From positions 55,986,001-56,050,000 of the forward strand of contig OZ024741.1 in assembly GCA_964016885.1 (NCBI GenBank): a DNA stretch of 64,000 nucleotides, given 5' to 3'. How positions within the stretch are numbered: position 1 is the stretch's first letter; each line of letters starts with the position of its first letter. Positions 26,525 through 40,530 of this stretch are shown piece after piece. Made by a program: the position numbers and the translations under genes. The notes below the pieces were generated by a model that was given only the letters and a program-made list of their open reading frames with translations, ran no database searches and had not been told where the DNA came from. The DNA comes from Eledone cirrhosa. Taxonomy: Eukaryota.

Positions 26525-28594
26525 ATCATCATCATTTTACGTCCGCTTTTCCCTGCTTACAGGGATTGGACGGGTCCTATTCAGCACAGCATCTCTCCAC
26601 TTGTCACGGTCCTTCGTCGTCTTCTCGGTGAGTTTCAGCCATTTGAGGTCTGCTCTCACCACCTGCGCCCATGTTTTACGTGGTCTACCTCTACTGCATC
26701 TTTCTTCTACTGGGATTTCTTGGCACTTCTTTACCCAGCGGTCCTCCTCCATGCACATCACATGCCCATACCATCTCAGCCTTCTCTCCTGCACACCACA
26801 ACTTATCCCTCTTATACCTAGTTTCTTTCTCAACTCGTCTATGCTTGGTCGTTCACGTACATTGACATTGCACATCCAACAGAGCATACTTGCTTCATTT
26901 CTCTCCAGCTGTTGCATATCCTCTGCAGTTGCTGCCCATGTCTCACTACCATGCAGCATCGCGCATCTCACATAGGCATCATATAACCATCCTTTCGTAC
27001 GCAGGGAGAAACCCTTTGTCAACAAAGGAAGCAGCTCCCTAAACTTCTTCCAACCCGTCCTTATTCTAGATACTATGGCCTTGGAACGCCCCCCTCCCAT
27101 GCTAATCTGATTACCTAGGTACCAGAAGCTATCAACCACTTCTCTAGAACCCACCTGCATTGGAAAAATGTGTCTATCACTACTGTGTCTATCACTACTG
27201 CCAACTTTCCCTGTACATCTACTGCATACATAGTTTTCCCTACCTGTTAGTTTGCCTGCTATCTCACTACATCTTTTGTGTACCCAAAATCTGCATTGCG
27301 TACATTTTATGGAATTTATGCCAGTTCCTTTCCTACATATCGAACATGGCCATTTTCCTGATGGAATCGGAGTATTGTCCTCTCTTCTACTTATCAACAC
27401 TTTTTTCTTAGCTATGTTCACTCTGTCCTCTTGATTCCAACTGCTGTTTCCATAGCCAGAATTTATTCTCTAGCTCCTCTACTGATTCTGTTATAAGAAC
27501 CAGATCATCAGCATAGAGAAGTTCCCATGGGCATCCAATCTTAAAGTCCTCTGTTATGGCTTGGAGGACTATAATGAAAAAGAACGGGCTGAGGAACGAA
27601 CCTTGATGTAAACCTACTTGTATCTGGAATTCCCCACTAAACTCCATACTTACTCTCACTTTACTGACAGTACCCCTGTACATAGCTTGCACTGCCCTCA
27701 CAAGTCATTCCTCTACATCTAGTTTCCTTAGGGACCACCAGATGACAGATCGGGGTACCCTATCAAAGGCCTTCTCTAGGTCAACAAAAGCTAAGTATAG
27801 TGGCTTATTCTTCTCTAAGAACTTCTCTTGTAGTTGCCTCACTAAGAAGAGGGCATCTGTTGTTCTTTTCCGAGGCACAAAACCAAACTACATCTCATTT
27901 AATTTGACCCTTTCTCTAATCAGTTGCGCTAATATTCTCTCTGCCACTTTCATAACCTGATCCATCAGCTTTATGCCCCTATAATTGCTCCTCTCTAGAG
28001 CATCCCCTTTACGTTTGTAGCAATTTATGAGAATACTGCTGCACCAGTCTTTGGGTATGACACCACCATATATAGCTTGATTGATGATGCGTGCAACCAG
28101 TTTAATGCCTACTACACCTAATGTTTTCAGCATCTCAGCAACTAACCCCAACGGTCCAGCAGCCTTACCATTCTTCATTTCTTTAATTACTCTTGTACCC
28201 TATATTCGTCAATCTCAATAGCTGGTCAATCTGTTGGGTCTACTGGGGGTAATTTCTCTCTGTCCCATTTATTCTCCACATTCATCAGTCTCTCATAGTG
28301 ATATTTCCAGGCCTCCTTTTTTTGATCATTTGTGACACTAAGTACACCGGCATCATTCCAGACACACTTATCTCCAACAACATCCTGATTTGCACTGACA
28401 CACTGCCTTGCAATGCGGAACACCGCACGTCTCTGATTTTCCCTTCGCAGAACATTGGCAAACCTCCTACTCTCAGCCTCCCTGCGTGCTAAGTACACCT
28501 GACGTCTAGCTTCTCTCCTAGTGGCTGTGTATCCTTCCCTACTCCCACCATTTTTCCAAACCTTCCATGCCGGTCTTTTGTCTCTAATAGCCCT
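26525..28594 (-). mobile_element. RTE/RTEX LINE, longest copy (~2.1 kb), distinct subfamily with short 3' UTR
   Basis: MKNGKAAGP, NYRGIKL, LYADDL, C4HC3 finger, GRPRKTW; (TA)n on both sides. Confidence 0.92.
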
Positions 28595-28605
28595 ATATAT
28601 ATGTA

Positions 28606-28787
28606 TATAATTGTTTCTACTTTTGACACAAGGCCAGCAATTACTCAGTACATCACTGGTACTTTATTTTTATCGACCCCGTAAGGATGAAAGGCAAAAT
28701 TAACCTCGGCGGGATTTGAACTTAGAATGGCAAGGGCCATAACTCTATGCGTCAAAGCATCTCGTCCGACCCTCTATCGATACTGCC
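28606..28787 (-). mobile_element. SINE family A
   Basis: Reverse-complement match to 866-1060. Confidence 0.8.
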
Positions 28788-28789
28788 TG

Positions 28790-29165
28790 GTGTTTCATTT
28801 GAAGACTACCACAATGTGAATTGGATGGTAAATGTTAAAACTGTGATGAAAACAATGATATGGGAATGTTACCTTGAAGTTCTTTGTGGGTCCTTACATT
28901 TTGGGATAAAATCCCTTCAAAAGATTGATAAAAGAAACTAGTTTATATATATATATATATATATGTCGCTCTTAAGCTGCCATTTTTTTTTTTTGTTTAA
29001 AAAATTGGCAGTTTAAGAGTGACAGAAAAACATACAGCTCCAAACTAGTTTCTTCTATTAATCTTTTGATGAAGGGATTTTATCCTGAAATATAAAAACC
29101 TATAAAGAACTGCAAGGTAATAAACAATTATCATCGAATTTACATTGAAGTAGCACTCAAACAAG
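28790..29165. mobile_element. Palindromic hammerhead-like element, TTGATGA family
   Basis: 28869-28944 is inverted relative to 29042-29120; inner palindrome at 28964-29024; TTGATGA-AGGGAT..ATCCT-GAAATATA. Confidence 0.65.
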
Positions 29166-29195
29166 ACACTATTATCAACACATTACATAATGCAT

Positions 29196-29245
<50 letters not shown>

Positions 29246-29686
29246 TATATTAATTAGGTAATAGTATGACCACAAACTCTGTGTGTGTGTCTATATATGT
29301 GTGTGTATATGCGTGTGTATATATGTGTTTATGTATATGCATTAGTGTATATGTGTGTGTGAGTGTATATATGTGTATTATGTGTGTGTGTGTGTGTACA
29401 TTAGCAATCATCATCATCATCATTTAATATCCATCTTCCACGGTAGCATGAGTAGTTTGGGCTGTCCCTTTGTGAAAGATCAGGTTGGAGGACCATGATT
29501 CGCTCACACAGAACTGATTTTGGCTTGGTTTCTACGGCTGGATGCCCTCCCTAACACCAACAATGTCATCGCTAAAACATTGCAATGACATTGGTAATTC
29601 GGATGTCTCTATCATTAATCCTTTGTTTTTGTTCTTGTTTTTGCTGTGCCTCAGTAAGGATTACTTAACTAAATCCTTTATGTACA

Positions 29687-29766
29687 TGCCATCTGATGAT
29701 GTCACTGATTGAATTGCTTCATGGTTTGATGACAATCAATTAGCCACAGAAATGTGTATTATGGCA
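29687..29766 (+). ncRNA. Hammerhead ribozyme-like motif
   Basis: TGCCAT-CTGATGA-TGT.CTGATTGA..TCAATTAG.ACA-GAAA-TGTG-TA-tt-ATGGCA; stem II pairs, and stem I pairs with a 2-nt offset. Confidence 0.55.
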
Positions 29767-29967
29767 AGCTATGCATCAATACAAGAAGTTATTGAAATCT
29801 GGCCTTCACAGGGTTTTCATTGATGTATATATATGTATATATATATATATGCCTGTGTGTGTATGTATATATATATATATATATATATAATGTGTATATA
29901 CACACACACATACATATGATTATATATATACGTGTGTGTGTATATATATATATATACACACACACAC

Positions 29968-30151
<184 letters not shown>

Positions 30152-31724
30152 TGAGGTCCTTTATGAAACATTGTTTTGTAGCTTGGTGTTAAAACTAACC
30201 CCTGCTTTAGCAAGGAAGATGGCCTTTAAAATGCTTGTTTTCAGGCGGTCTTTCCTGTTAAATGTATATGTAGGTAGGTAGTTAGGTGTGATAGTGTAGA
30301 TAAATGTGGAGCTTTTGAGGTTTAAGATGGAATATATTTAGAATTGTGTGTGTATGTGTGGTGTTCTAAGTGCTTTTGTATTGATAAGGGGGGTTGCTTA
30401 GTACTTATACTATGATTTGTTCTAATTATCTGTGTATGTTCATGTTGATGTGTGTCTACGTGTGTGCGCGGTTTGTACATATGATATACACTAGCACGTA
30501 TACATTGCATTGGGGTTGATTTAATCGACTTTCCCCTCCCCAAAGTTGCTGACCTTGTGCCTAAAGTAGAAACAACTATTAAGGGTGGTGGGTTGGCAGA
30601 ATCGGTAGAGCGTTGAACACCATGCTCTGCAGCACAGTTTCGGCCCTTTACGTTCTGAGTTCACATTCCACAGAGTGGGATGAATTAAATTACTTTGTAT
30701 ATACTTAGTTATGAATTAAATTACTTTGTATATACTTAGTTATACATGAATTCAAATGCCACTGAGGGTCTACTCTACCTTTCATTTTTCCTCTTTCCAG
30801 TCTCTGGGGTTGATAAAATAAAGTACTGGTCATATACTGATGTTGGTTCTTATTTGATTGTATCCCTTTCCCTTGCATTCTTGTTAGAACACAGAATTAA
30901 AGAAAGAAATACATACCAGAAGGCATTTTCTCCTCTGCTCTACCTATTTGTGCCTTTATCTGCCAATTAAATGAGTATCAACACCAGCGCTTGACTTGTA
31001 CTTCAATAACATTTGAGCTCAGAATGTAAATGACCATTCTCTACCTTAATTTCAAGAATGAAACTATGAAAATGAGGATTAAAAAATACTGAAAATATTC
31101 CCATTGGGTAACTCCCTTAACCTGTTGACTGCCACGTATTTTTTACTCAGCTACAGTAAAATGACTATTTTTTTAAACAAACATTTATTAACAACATGTA
31201 TTTGAATGATTGACAAACCTCACATCAATAAACTAGTAACCCCCATCTAACTTTGGAAACAATTTTGTTACTTTGAAGTTATGAACTTTTGGAAAAGAGT
31301 TCAAGCATGTTAGGACGAGTTAGCTCGTCCATGGCACTGAAGAAGTTGAGTCAGCCTTGAAGAAATAGATAAAAAACATTCCAGTTGTGACCACCCTCTT
31401 TTGTTTTGTATATCTAGGATCATATCCAATGTCCTTCCATTGTTTAAGGCCATAGGTTGTAGTTTGAGGTAGATTTAGCTGCTATTTTTAGCAAGTGGAG
31501 CTTGTCCCCTGTTGGCTTGAGTTTCATCCTAGGTTGGGATTGTTCACTCACATCTTATATAAGAAATCTGTTTATTGGATGAGATTAAATGTTTGATTTG
31601 AATAAATAACAATTTGGATCTCCTCCCATTACATAGTACACACACATACATACATGCATATACAGTACATGTATACATACGTACACAGTACACACACACA
31701 CATACATACACCATACGCACATAC

Positions 31725-32486
31725 GTCGTCATTGTTTAACATTCTTTTTCCCCTGCTAGCATGAGTAGAGACGAGTTGTCCTATCTGATGACAGTATCTT
31801 GCTCACATAGAACTGTTTTGGGGGTTTGGTTTCTACAGCTGGATGCCCCTCCTAATGCCAACCTCATTTACAGTGAGTACTGGGTGCTTTTTGTTGATGA
31901 CACCTACATGGCCTCTCTAGTGTGGGCTGGGTGCTTTTTGTTATGATACCTACATGGCCACTTTACATTGTGTATTGTGTGCTTTTTGCCGTGATACCAA
32001 CATGACCACTTTACAATGTGGACTGGGGACTAAAGTAAGGGTGTAAAGTTGTGGGAGAAGGATGGTATGATCAGGATGTGGGTGGGGTGTTAGGGCATGG
32101 GAGGTATATGGAAGGGAGAGGGAGGATAGTGGTTAAGTGTATGTTTCAACCCATGCGCTTGGGAAGGTGAGTCTTCTGTATTACTGCATAACGCCAACAT
32201 TTTTATCCTGTGTCATTGCCTTTGAGAGATGCAATTGTGCAAGGTCAGCTTTTATCACCTAATCCCAGGTCTTCCTACTCCATAGCTTCCATCAACTTTA
32301 ATTGCCCTGCACCTTTTTATGCAGCTGTCATCCTCCATACAAACCATATGGCGATACCAATGCAATCTCCTCTCTTGCACACTGCATCTGATCTCTCTTA
32401 TGCGTAATTTCTCTCTCAGTTCATTCATGCTTTGCCGTTTGTGTATATTACTATTACACATCCATCGGAGCATGCAGGTTTCATTT

Positions 32487-32489
<3 letters not shown>
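31725..32489 (-). mobile_element. Old RTE LINE 3' fragment
   Basis: RNETCMLRWMCNS...GVGRP plus 3' UTR; its 5' end abuts (TA)n. Confidence 0.8.
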
Positions 32490-32527
<38 letters not shown>

Positions 32528-32673
32528 CATTTATGCTGGCTGGCTTAACTAATGAATAGATCTGGTCATTCCAGTTAGCAAATTGTGATGCAATAAGCAA
32601 AAGCACTCAACGCTATGCAAATCATCCATCATAGAAGTGGTATCCCATGGTTGGTGCAGGAACAGAGTTAAAT

Positions 32674-33064
32674 AGTTCAGACAACAGAAGGCTGGATTCC
32701 AAGTATTCTTTTGATATTGTGAAAATCACAATACCTATTTCTATAGCCTGTTTACATCATCAGATCATGACGTAAAACTTTGGTAACATCATCAGGTGTA
32801 AACTGCAAAGAAATTAATTAATCAATTACAGGATTATAGCAAATATAAACAGAGAATAGACTAGATTCAGAGATGGCACACCATTCAATGTTACTGCCAT
32901 GACGAACCACCAAGTTAATTCTTTGCAATTTACACCTGATGATGTCGTCTAAGTCTGACGCCATGATCTGATGATGTAAGCAAACCGTAGAAATACGTAG
33001 TGTGATTTTTTTTTTGCAATATTAAAAGAATATTTTGAATTCAGCCTTCTGTTGTCTTTGAACT
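32674..33064. mobile_element. Palindromic element with hammerhead motif
   Basis: Arms at about 32674-32815 and 32915-33064; hammerhead at 32930-33005 with stem I TTACAC/GTGTGA, CTGATGA and GAAATACGTA. Confidence 0.75.
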
Positions 33065-34614
33065 CATCATCATCATCATTTAACATCTATTTTCCATGCT
33101 AGCATGGGAAGCCCCCCCCCCCCTCTCTCATTATTATGTAGGTCAGAAAATTTGTATGGCAGAAAAGAACTTTGTTTAAATACATTCATACATACACAGT
33201 GCATATACATACATCTACACATGCACACACAAATTCTCAGAAACATTCTGACACACACACACACACTTGCATCTACACTCACATGCACACACATTCACAA
33301 ATATATGCACATGTACACGCAAACAATCACAAATGTGCACATGTTCACACACAGTTATACACACACACACACACACGTAAATACGTTATGTATTATTGGG
33401 ATAATGCCAATACACAAGATTAATTATATAAGTCTAGTGAAGCATTAAATAACACATACACACATTCATTCACATGCGCACATACACATTCACTCACATA
33501 CACACGCATTCACACACATACGCACACACATTCATTCACATACGCACATACATTCACTCACTCACATGCACACATTCACTCACATACATGTACACATATA
33601 CACTCATACATAAACATACACACATACATCAATATACACACACATGCAAGCATGCACACACCCATATACACATACATATATACACATATATATATATACT
33701 TCCACATTGGCAAAGGAGATAGCAGTATTTAGTTGATGTAGTATCAGAAACTGTGAAGTGTAGGACTAGATACAACAACAAGACTATTGGGGCCATTTAC
33801 CCTGCTAAAGCAAGGGCTACAGCATTGCAGGGACACGGGGACACACACACATACATACACTCTCACACCACACACTTTTCCATTTTGTTCTATCTTCCTC
33901 TTTCATCATCTTTAACTATTCCTTTTTTAGTCTTCCTCTTCCTTTGCTTTCTTCCACTTTTATTTCCATAATGTTCCACACTGTAAATATGGTTGGTGTT
34001 AGGAAGAGCATCCAGCCAAATTTAGAGTCGTTGAATCATAGTACGGTGTGGCTAACTCTGGCCAGACTTGTCTCCCAATGTGGACGACTCTTTAATCCAT
34101 GCAAGCATGGAAAAATGGTGGTTAAATGGTGATGATGATGTTGATGATGAACTCTTCACGGGCCAGTAGCCCTCATTTTTCCTACACATGACACAGTCAT
34201 CTTGTGCCATTTCTCATTGCAACATTCATCACTGGCTCTATTCCCATAATTCTCTGCGTTTAGTCACATTTCCTTTACATTCTTATTTCAATCCTGTTAT
34301 GGTCAACTTTGTATTTTACAATTCTGAGGTTGATATGGTGATCAGCACTAAGCTGCTACACCCTTCTCTGCAAAATTTCAAAATTTGAGGCTTTCTGCTA
34401 ATTTTAGAAATATTGATAAATCTCTATATTGTTATATTGATAATTCTATATTCATCAATATCATAATTTTACATCCACTTTTCCATACTTGCATAGGAAG
34501 GATAGCTCTTCAATGCTGCATCTCTCCACTTGTTACATTATCTCCTCTCCTCTCAGCCACAAATTGCTGGCCTTGTGCTTAAATTAGAATCATTATTATT
34601 ATTATTATAATAAT

Positions 34615-34945
34615 TGGGCAGTGGATTGGCAGTATCGATAGAGGGTCGGACACCATGCTTTCTAGCATAGTTACGTCCCTTTACGGTCTGAGTTCAAATC
34701 CCGCCGAGGTTAACTTTGCCTTTCATCCTTATGAGATCGATAAAATAAAGTACCAGTAATGTACTGGCCTTGTACCAAAAGTAGAAACAATTATAATTGT
34801 TTCTACTGGTACTTTATTTTATCAACCTTGTAAGGCTGAAAGGCAAAGCTTAACCTCAATGGGATTTGAGCTCAGAACTTAGAAAGTCGTAACTATGTGC
34901 CACAAAGCATGTTGTCCAGCGCTCTGCCGAGACTGCCAATAACAC
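34615..34945. mobile_element. Tail-to-tail pair of SINE family A copies
   Basis: Plus copy at 34615-34795 followed immediately by a minus copy at about 34797-34945. Confidence 0.72.
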
Positions 34946-35829
34946 TGCCACGAGGCCAGCAATTAAGGAGGAAGTGTTATACAGATTATATCAACTCCCA
35001 GTTTATGACTGGTACTTTTATTTTATTGATTCCCAAAGGATAAGATGCAAAGTTGACCTCCACGAGATTTGAAGGCAGGAACAAATACAGCTGGTTATTT
35101 TGTCTGGCACCCTTCACAATTCTGTGAAGCTGTGTATATATACACACACACACACACACACTCACACTCAGACACACATAAACATACATATGTATATGCT
35201 CAAATATGTACATGCTCGCTCTCTCTCTCTCTCTCATACACATATATTCTCGTATACACGCCCACTTGCTCACACACATGTATGCCCACACTCTCACATA
35301 CACATGCTTATGTGCGTGCGCACACATATGATTTCACACTCACATGTTTCTGCCCTAACCCATTCAGTAGATTGCTGTGTTAGTGAAAATGCATACATGT
35401 GTATCACTCCAACACTACGCCACCACCACCACCACCACCATATTACAACATCACTACTGTCATACTACATCACTGTTGTCATACTACATCACTGTTATCA
35501 TACTACATCACTCTACAGCAATACTACCACCACCACTATCATACTACATCACCACCATGCTACTTCACCACCATCACCATGCTACAACTTCACCCTACAC
35601 TATCATGATGACCATCTTATCATTTATCTTCTCACCACACTACACCACAACTATCTTAGTTTCCCCAACAACACTGTACCACCACCACCACCACATTTTA
35701 CCCCTCTGTCTGATCCCCTCTCTCTCTCTCCATACAACTACTGTGACAACATTAAAAGATTAATCCCTTTTAATCTGAATTAGGAATAGAGTAGTTGTAG
35801 TAGTGGTGGTTGTGTTGGTGATGATGGTG

Positions 35830-36065
35830 GTGACAGCAATAGTAGCAGTGGTACTAGTGGTGGTGGCAGCAGCTGTCCTGCTGGTAGTGGTGGTGGTACT
35901 AGTGGTGGTGGTGGTGGTGGCAGCTGTCCTACTGGTAGTGGTGGTGGTACTGGTGGTGGCAGCAGCTGTCCTACTGGTAGTGGTGGTGTTGCTGGTAGTG
36001 GTGGTGGTATTGGTGGTGGCAGCAGCTGTCCTACTGGTAGTGGTGGTGGTACTGGTGGTAGTAAT
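35830..36065. repeat. Minisatellite, ~39-45 bp unit GCAGCTGTCCT(A/G)CTGGTAGTG(GTG)n
   Basis: Four clear units. Confidence 0.8.
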
Positions 36066-36069
36066 AGTA

Positions 36070-36660
36070 ATCAATCTTCTGACTAAAATCCTACCACCTG
36101 AGGAGTTTGTCCTCACATTCTCATACACAAAACATAAAATCTCTTTCCCAATGAGATTCATAGCTAAGTTGCTCACTCACGAGTCGAGTTTCCTTGATCC
36201 AATGAACAAGTACTCTTTCCACTTGTCTCGATCTAGCATTATCACTCCAAGATCCATTAAATTTCTTCCCGTGTCAGCATATAGCATATTCAGATACGTT
36301 GTTGCAGGAAGACCTCTACTTCTATGACTGTGTACAAGCTTCCACAAAAAAACACTGCTGACGCATCCTTCTTAGACGAACAATGTCCGACATGGGAGGA
36401 CTATCCAGATAAAATTCTCCATTTGTGACTCTCTGTCGCCAAGATAGGTTGAAAGTGTGTCTCGAGAGTCTTGTGTAACATCCATTTAGTCTCTTTTGGG
36501 GGTTTTATTAAGCGTCCATGCTTCCAACCCATAGACTGGGGCTTTGAAGAACATACTCTTTAGTCTCCTTGAGAGAGATGATTGCCATATTTTGGTTAAG
36601 TTTGTTTATGCCCGACCATGTTAAGGCTTTTCTAAGTTGAGCCTCAGTGTAACACTGGTA
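36070..36660 (-). mobile_element. Old non-LTR (RTE-like) RT C-terminal fragment, third family
   Basis: Translates RKALTWSGINKL..., YGLEAWTL, MLRYALNI-like and GHC motifs, with stops. Confidence 0.55.
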
Positions 36661-37204
36661 CTATGATTCAAGTCATATATAATATAGCAAAGTAAACTCC
36701 AAGCAAGACTTGAACTAATGAACACTGATGCACTAAGTATGCTCTGTGATAGTACTTATTATTGTAAAGTGATAGTGCTGATGCCATGATAAAATGTACC
36801 CTTTACACACAGTAAAGTGTTAGTGCTGTCACGGTAAAATGCACTCTGTACATTCTGTAAACTGACAGTGCTGGTGTCATGATAACATACACAGCACATT
36901 CTATAAAGGGATAGTACTGGTGCGATGATAAAATGCACCCAGTACACCCTGTAAAGTGGTAGTGCTCAAGAAAGGGTGGGAGCTTTGGAATATTCTATGT
37001 AGGCAGTCTAGCAATAGTTTTAAGACAGAGTTTTAAAACAAGCATATCACCATAAAGTTTTTCTAAATCTGAGGATGCACTATTGAAGTGGGGGTAGTAC
37101 CATCCAGTGCCTCCCCTCTTTGATGACAGATGTGGGAAGGGACAGTGCCCATGACATTTACAGGTTGCCCAAGATCAGAGAGATTGATGCTGTTGATGCT
37201 CCAT

Positions 37205-37612
37205 TTAAAACCCTTTCAATACCAACCCATCAAAAACTGGCTCTGGTTCTATGAAACTGTCACCCATTTTAAATTAACCTTCTGGAGGCTCTAGGTGCAT
37301 TAAGTCACCGATAGAGTAATCTCCCCTTAATACAAAATGCAGTGTCAAGGGAAGCAATTCATAAAAATGTCTAGTGTGCTGAAGGTTAAAACCTTCAAAC
37401 CTAAATTAATATAAGTATCATGTGTTAAGTATAATTAGATAATTGATAATTTTAGTAAATCCCTCAAACATCATCAGTAATTGATATAGAATGAATTTTA
37501 TTGGAAATATGGTCACAAAAATGTGAAACTGTTGCATGTCAACAACTATAGGAAAGTTAGGAGTAAGACAGGTGTTCCTGGTTGTAGGGCTAGTTCAGGG
37601 CTGAATAGGTTA
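37205..37612. mobile_element. Possible piggyBac-type non-autonomous element
   Basis: Starts TTAAAACCCTTTC and ends GCTGAATAGGTTAG; a related left end TTAACCCTTT occurs at ~47483 and ~48569. Confidence 0.4.
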
Positions 37613-39504
37613 GACACATAGGGTGGGGAGTAGATGAGGGGAAGAATAACAAGTGCGTCCGAGTGGTGATAACATGACTGCAGTTAATCTGAGGAGCAAA
37701 GGGCATTGTAGTAGATTCCTCATCTTAACAGACAGATGATCATATTGTCTTGCATACTACTAGATATCACATTAGAGCCCTGTAGAAGGGAGATAAGCAC
37801 TGTTTGACCATGCAAAAATCCACTTTTTACTTAATCATTGTCATGTCAAAATACATTTTTTCAGTGGACAATTATATATCATTTGAAAGTTATGGATGTG
37901 AACTTTCTTCTCATATGTTTTTGATCAAAATCCAACACTTACATATCGTGCCAGATCCCCTTAATCACCCTCATATTTTCACATATTTACATTTGTCCTG
38001 TTTTTGTTTTTGACTGCTGAATAGTAGCACTAATTCTAGTTCAAAGTGCCACTATAACTGAGACAGAAATATCAAGTTTGAGCCAGAATTTTAAGAAATG
38101 GATGTACTAATTGATAAGTAAACATATATTTCTATGAAACAATGCACTAAATTGAACTACATAAGTCTTTTAGAGCCCAGCATTAGCAATAGTAACACAT
38201 GTTACTAACAATCCTATTACAAAGTGTTAGTGATATTTATCAATAAAATTATTCGATGTTAATTTTGGACAAACGTGAATTGGTGGAAATATGATATGGC
38301 ATGATTTGTAAGTGTCAGATTTTGATCAAAAGTATATCAGAAGAAAGGTCACATCCAGAACTTTGAAATGATACATTTTTTTCTGTGGACAATTATATAT
38401 TTTGACATGAAAATGATCAAGCAAAAAGAGCAAGAAGTGGGATTTTGTGTGGTCAAACTGAGCTCTACAGATATACCTATTAAATTTATTGTAAAGCTCC
38501 AAATTTTCAGAGGGGATTCAGTTTTTACTCCTTACCACTGTATCAAAACTGAGTCCCCTACAGATAATGGATTGTAGTATAGCCATGTCTGAAAGTGTAT
38601 GAAAAGCTTGTGACAGACTTTTATCACAGTAATTTGTTTATAGCTATTTTTGATAGTACATTTTATTGAAATGGTATCATGCCCCTAAATCTCGGGTTTT
38701 ATTTAGCTCTATACCTACTACAAATGTGCCAAAATTCAAATCCCTGTGCTTGTACTTTTGGATTTAGCTTGGTCTTAAACATGCGAAAAGCTTTCACTTG
38801 CATCACAAAACCAACTGTTTGTTACACACAACAAAATAAGCTTTGCATAAAAATTTTTAAAATTGCCTCCAAAATGTTTCATTTTCAAGAACCTGAAAAA
38901 AAATAGGCAACTGCTATCCCACAGACACTATTAATTTGTGTAATTTGAAGATGATTATCACCTCAGTTTCAAAGATATGACATCACTAATATGGCTAATT
39001 ATTCATTTAGGCCTAATTAGACAAGATTTCGACCGATTCACTGACCATTTTGTCATATTTACTAGAATATTCATCTGAATTTCACAAATGAGATATCAAA
39101 ATGTTTCTTTTTGGATGTTCTCCAAGAAAAAGTACTGTAGAAATTAGATTTAAATATTTTCAAAAATCCATAGTGATGCTTACTACTACTACTGCTACTC
39201 TATTACAACTTCTTAGTCCCATGACTTCTAAGTGAGTCGAAGGGGTATTGACATTTTGAGTCTAGGGTATTTTAAAACCTGGTGGAGCCCATCTCCTCTC
39301 CAGGCCTGAATACAGAAGATTTCTTCCAGAAAAGGATAGAGATTGAGAGAACAGAAGTGAGAAAGAGATATAGAGGATGAATTAACCCCAGTACTAGACT
39401 GGTACTTTTTTTTATCAACCTTGAATGGATGAAAGGCAAAGTTGACCTCTATTACAACTACTGCCACTAGCACTATTACTACTACATCAATAGAGATATG
39501 TGCG

Positions 39505-39555
<51 letters not shown>

Positions 39556-40475
39556 CAACAGACACATACATACACATATCTACATGCACACCAACACTCA
39601 CACATACTACAACAGGCATACACACACACCAATACACATCTGTTATGGCACCAATGACTCAAAGAGAGATGAGTGGACACTTAATGGACGGAAATGCTTC
39701 AGAACCTCCTGTGTGGTTGCCATGGTGACATATGTAAGCTCATCAGTGCTGGTTAGATCTCTGGCATTACAGAGTCTAGGTTCAGTATCTCTTAATGTCT
39801 AATATCGCCACAGAGCTATGAAGGTGGTGGGTTTGATTCCCAGACTTGTATTGTCCTTGAGCAAGATTCTTTCTTTCACATTGCCTCAGTCTATTCAGCT
39901 GTAGAAAAAAAAAAAAGAAACCAGTTATACCTGTAATTCAAGGGGCCAACCTTGCCACACATTGTCATGCTGAATCTCCCTGAGAACTGTGAGGAGTACA
40001 CATGTCAGGAAAGCTCAGTGACATGTTAATTTCAAGGAAATGACAGGTCCAACTACATCAGCATGACCACAGGTTTTACAGCATTCACAAGGATATACTG
40101 AATATGTGTATATGTGTGTGTGTAGTTGTAGTTTGCGTGTGTATGTGTCTTAATATAATGTGTGTGTTTGTATCTGTATATATTTTGTATGCTTGTGGTT
40201 GTGCCTATAATTTGCATTTGTATGTGTAGTGTGTGTGTGTGTGCGTGTCTGATATATTTTGTGTATTTGTGTTTGTATCTATAATTTGCATATTTTTGTG
40301 TATAGGTGTTATTTGCTTGTGTGCATCAGTCTGTTTATCAGTTGCGTTTATATGAACTTTGAATGTGTGTGTGTGTGTCAGTTTTTATATAATTCGTGTT
40401 GTATAGGTTTTGTCTGTATGTGTGCGTATCATCATCATCGTTTAACGTTTATCTTCCACGCTAGCATGGGTTTAG

Positions 40476-40530
<55 letters not shown>

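Noticed and set aside
35760-36327. Thr-rich / Val-rich ORFs resembling a mucin
   Set aside because: A trinucleotide-derived minisatellite fused to a LINE remnant; no splice or domain support.
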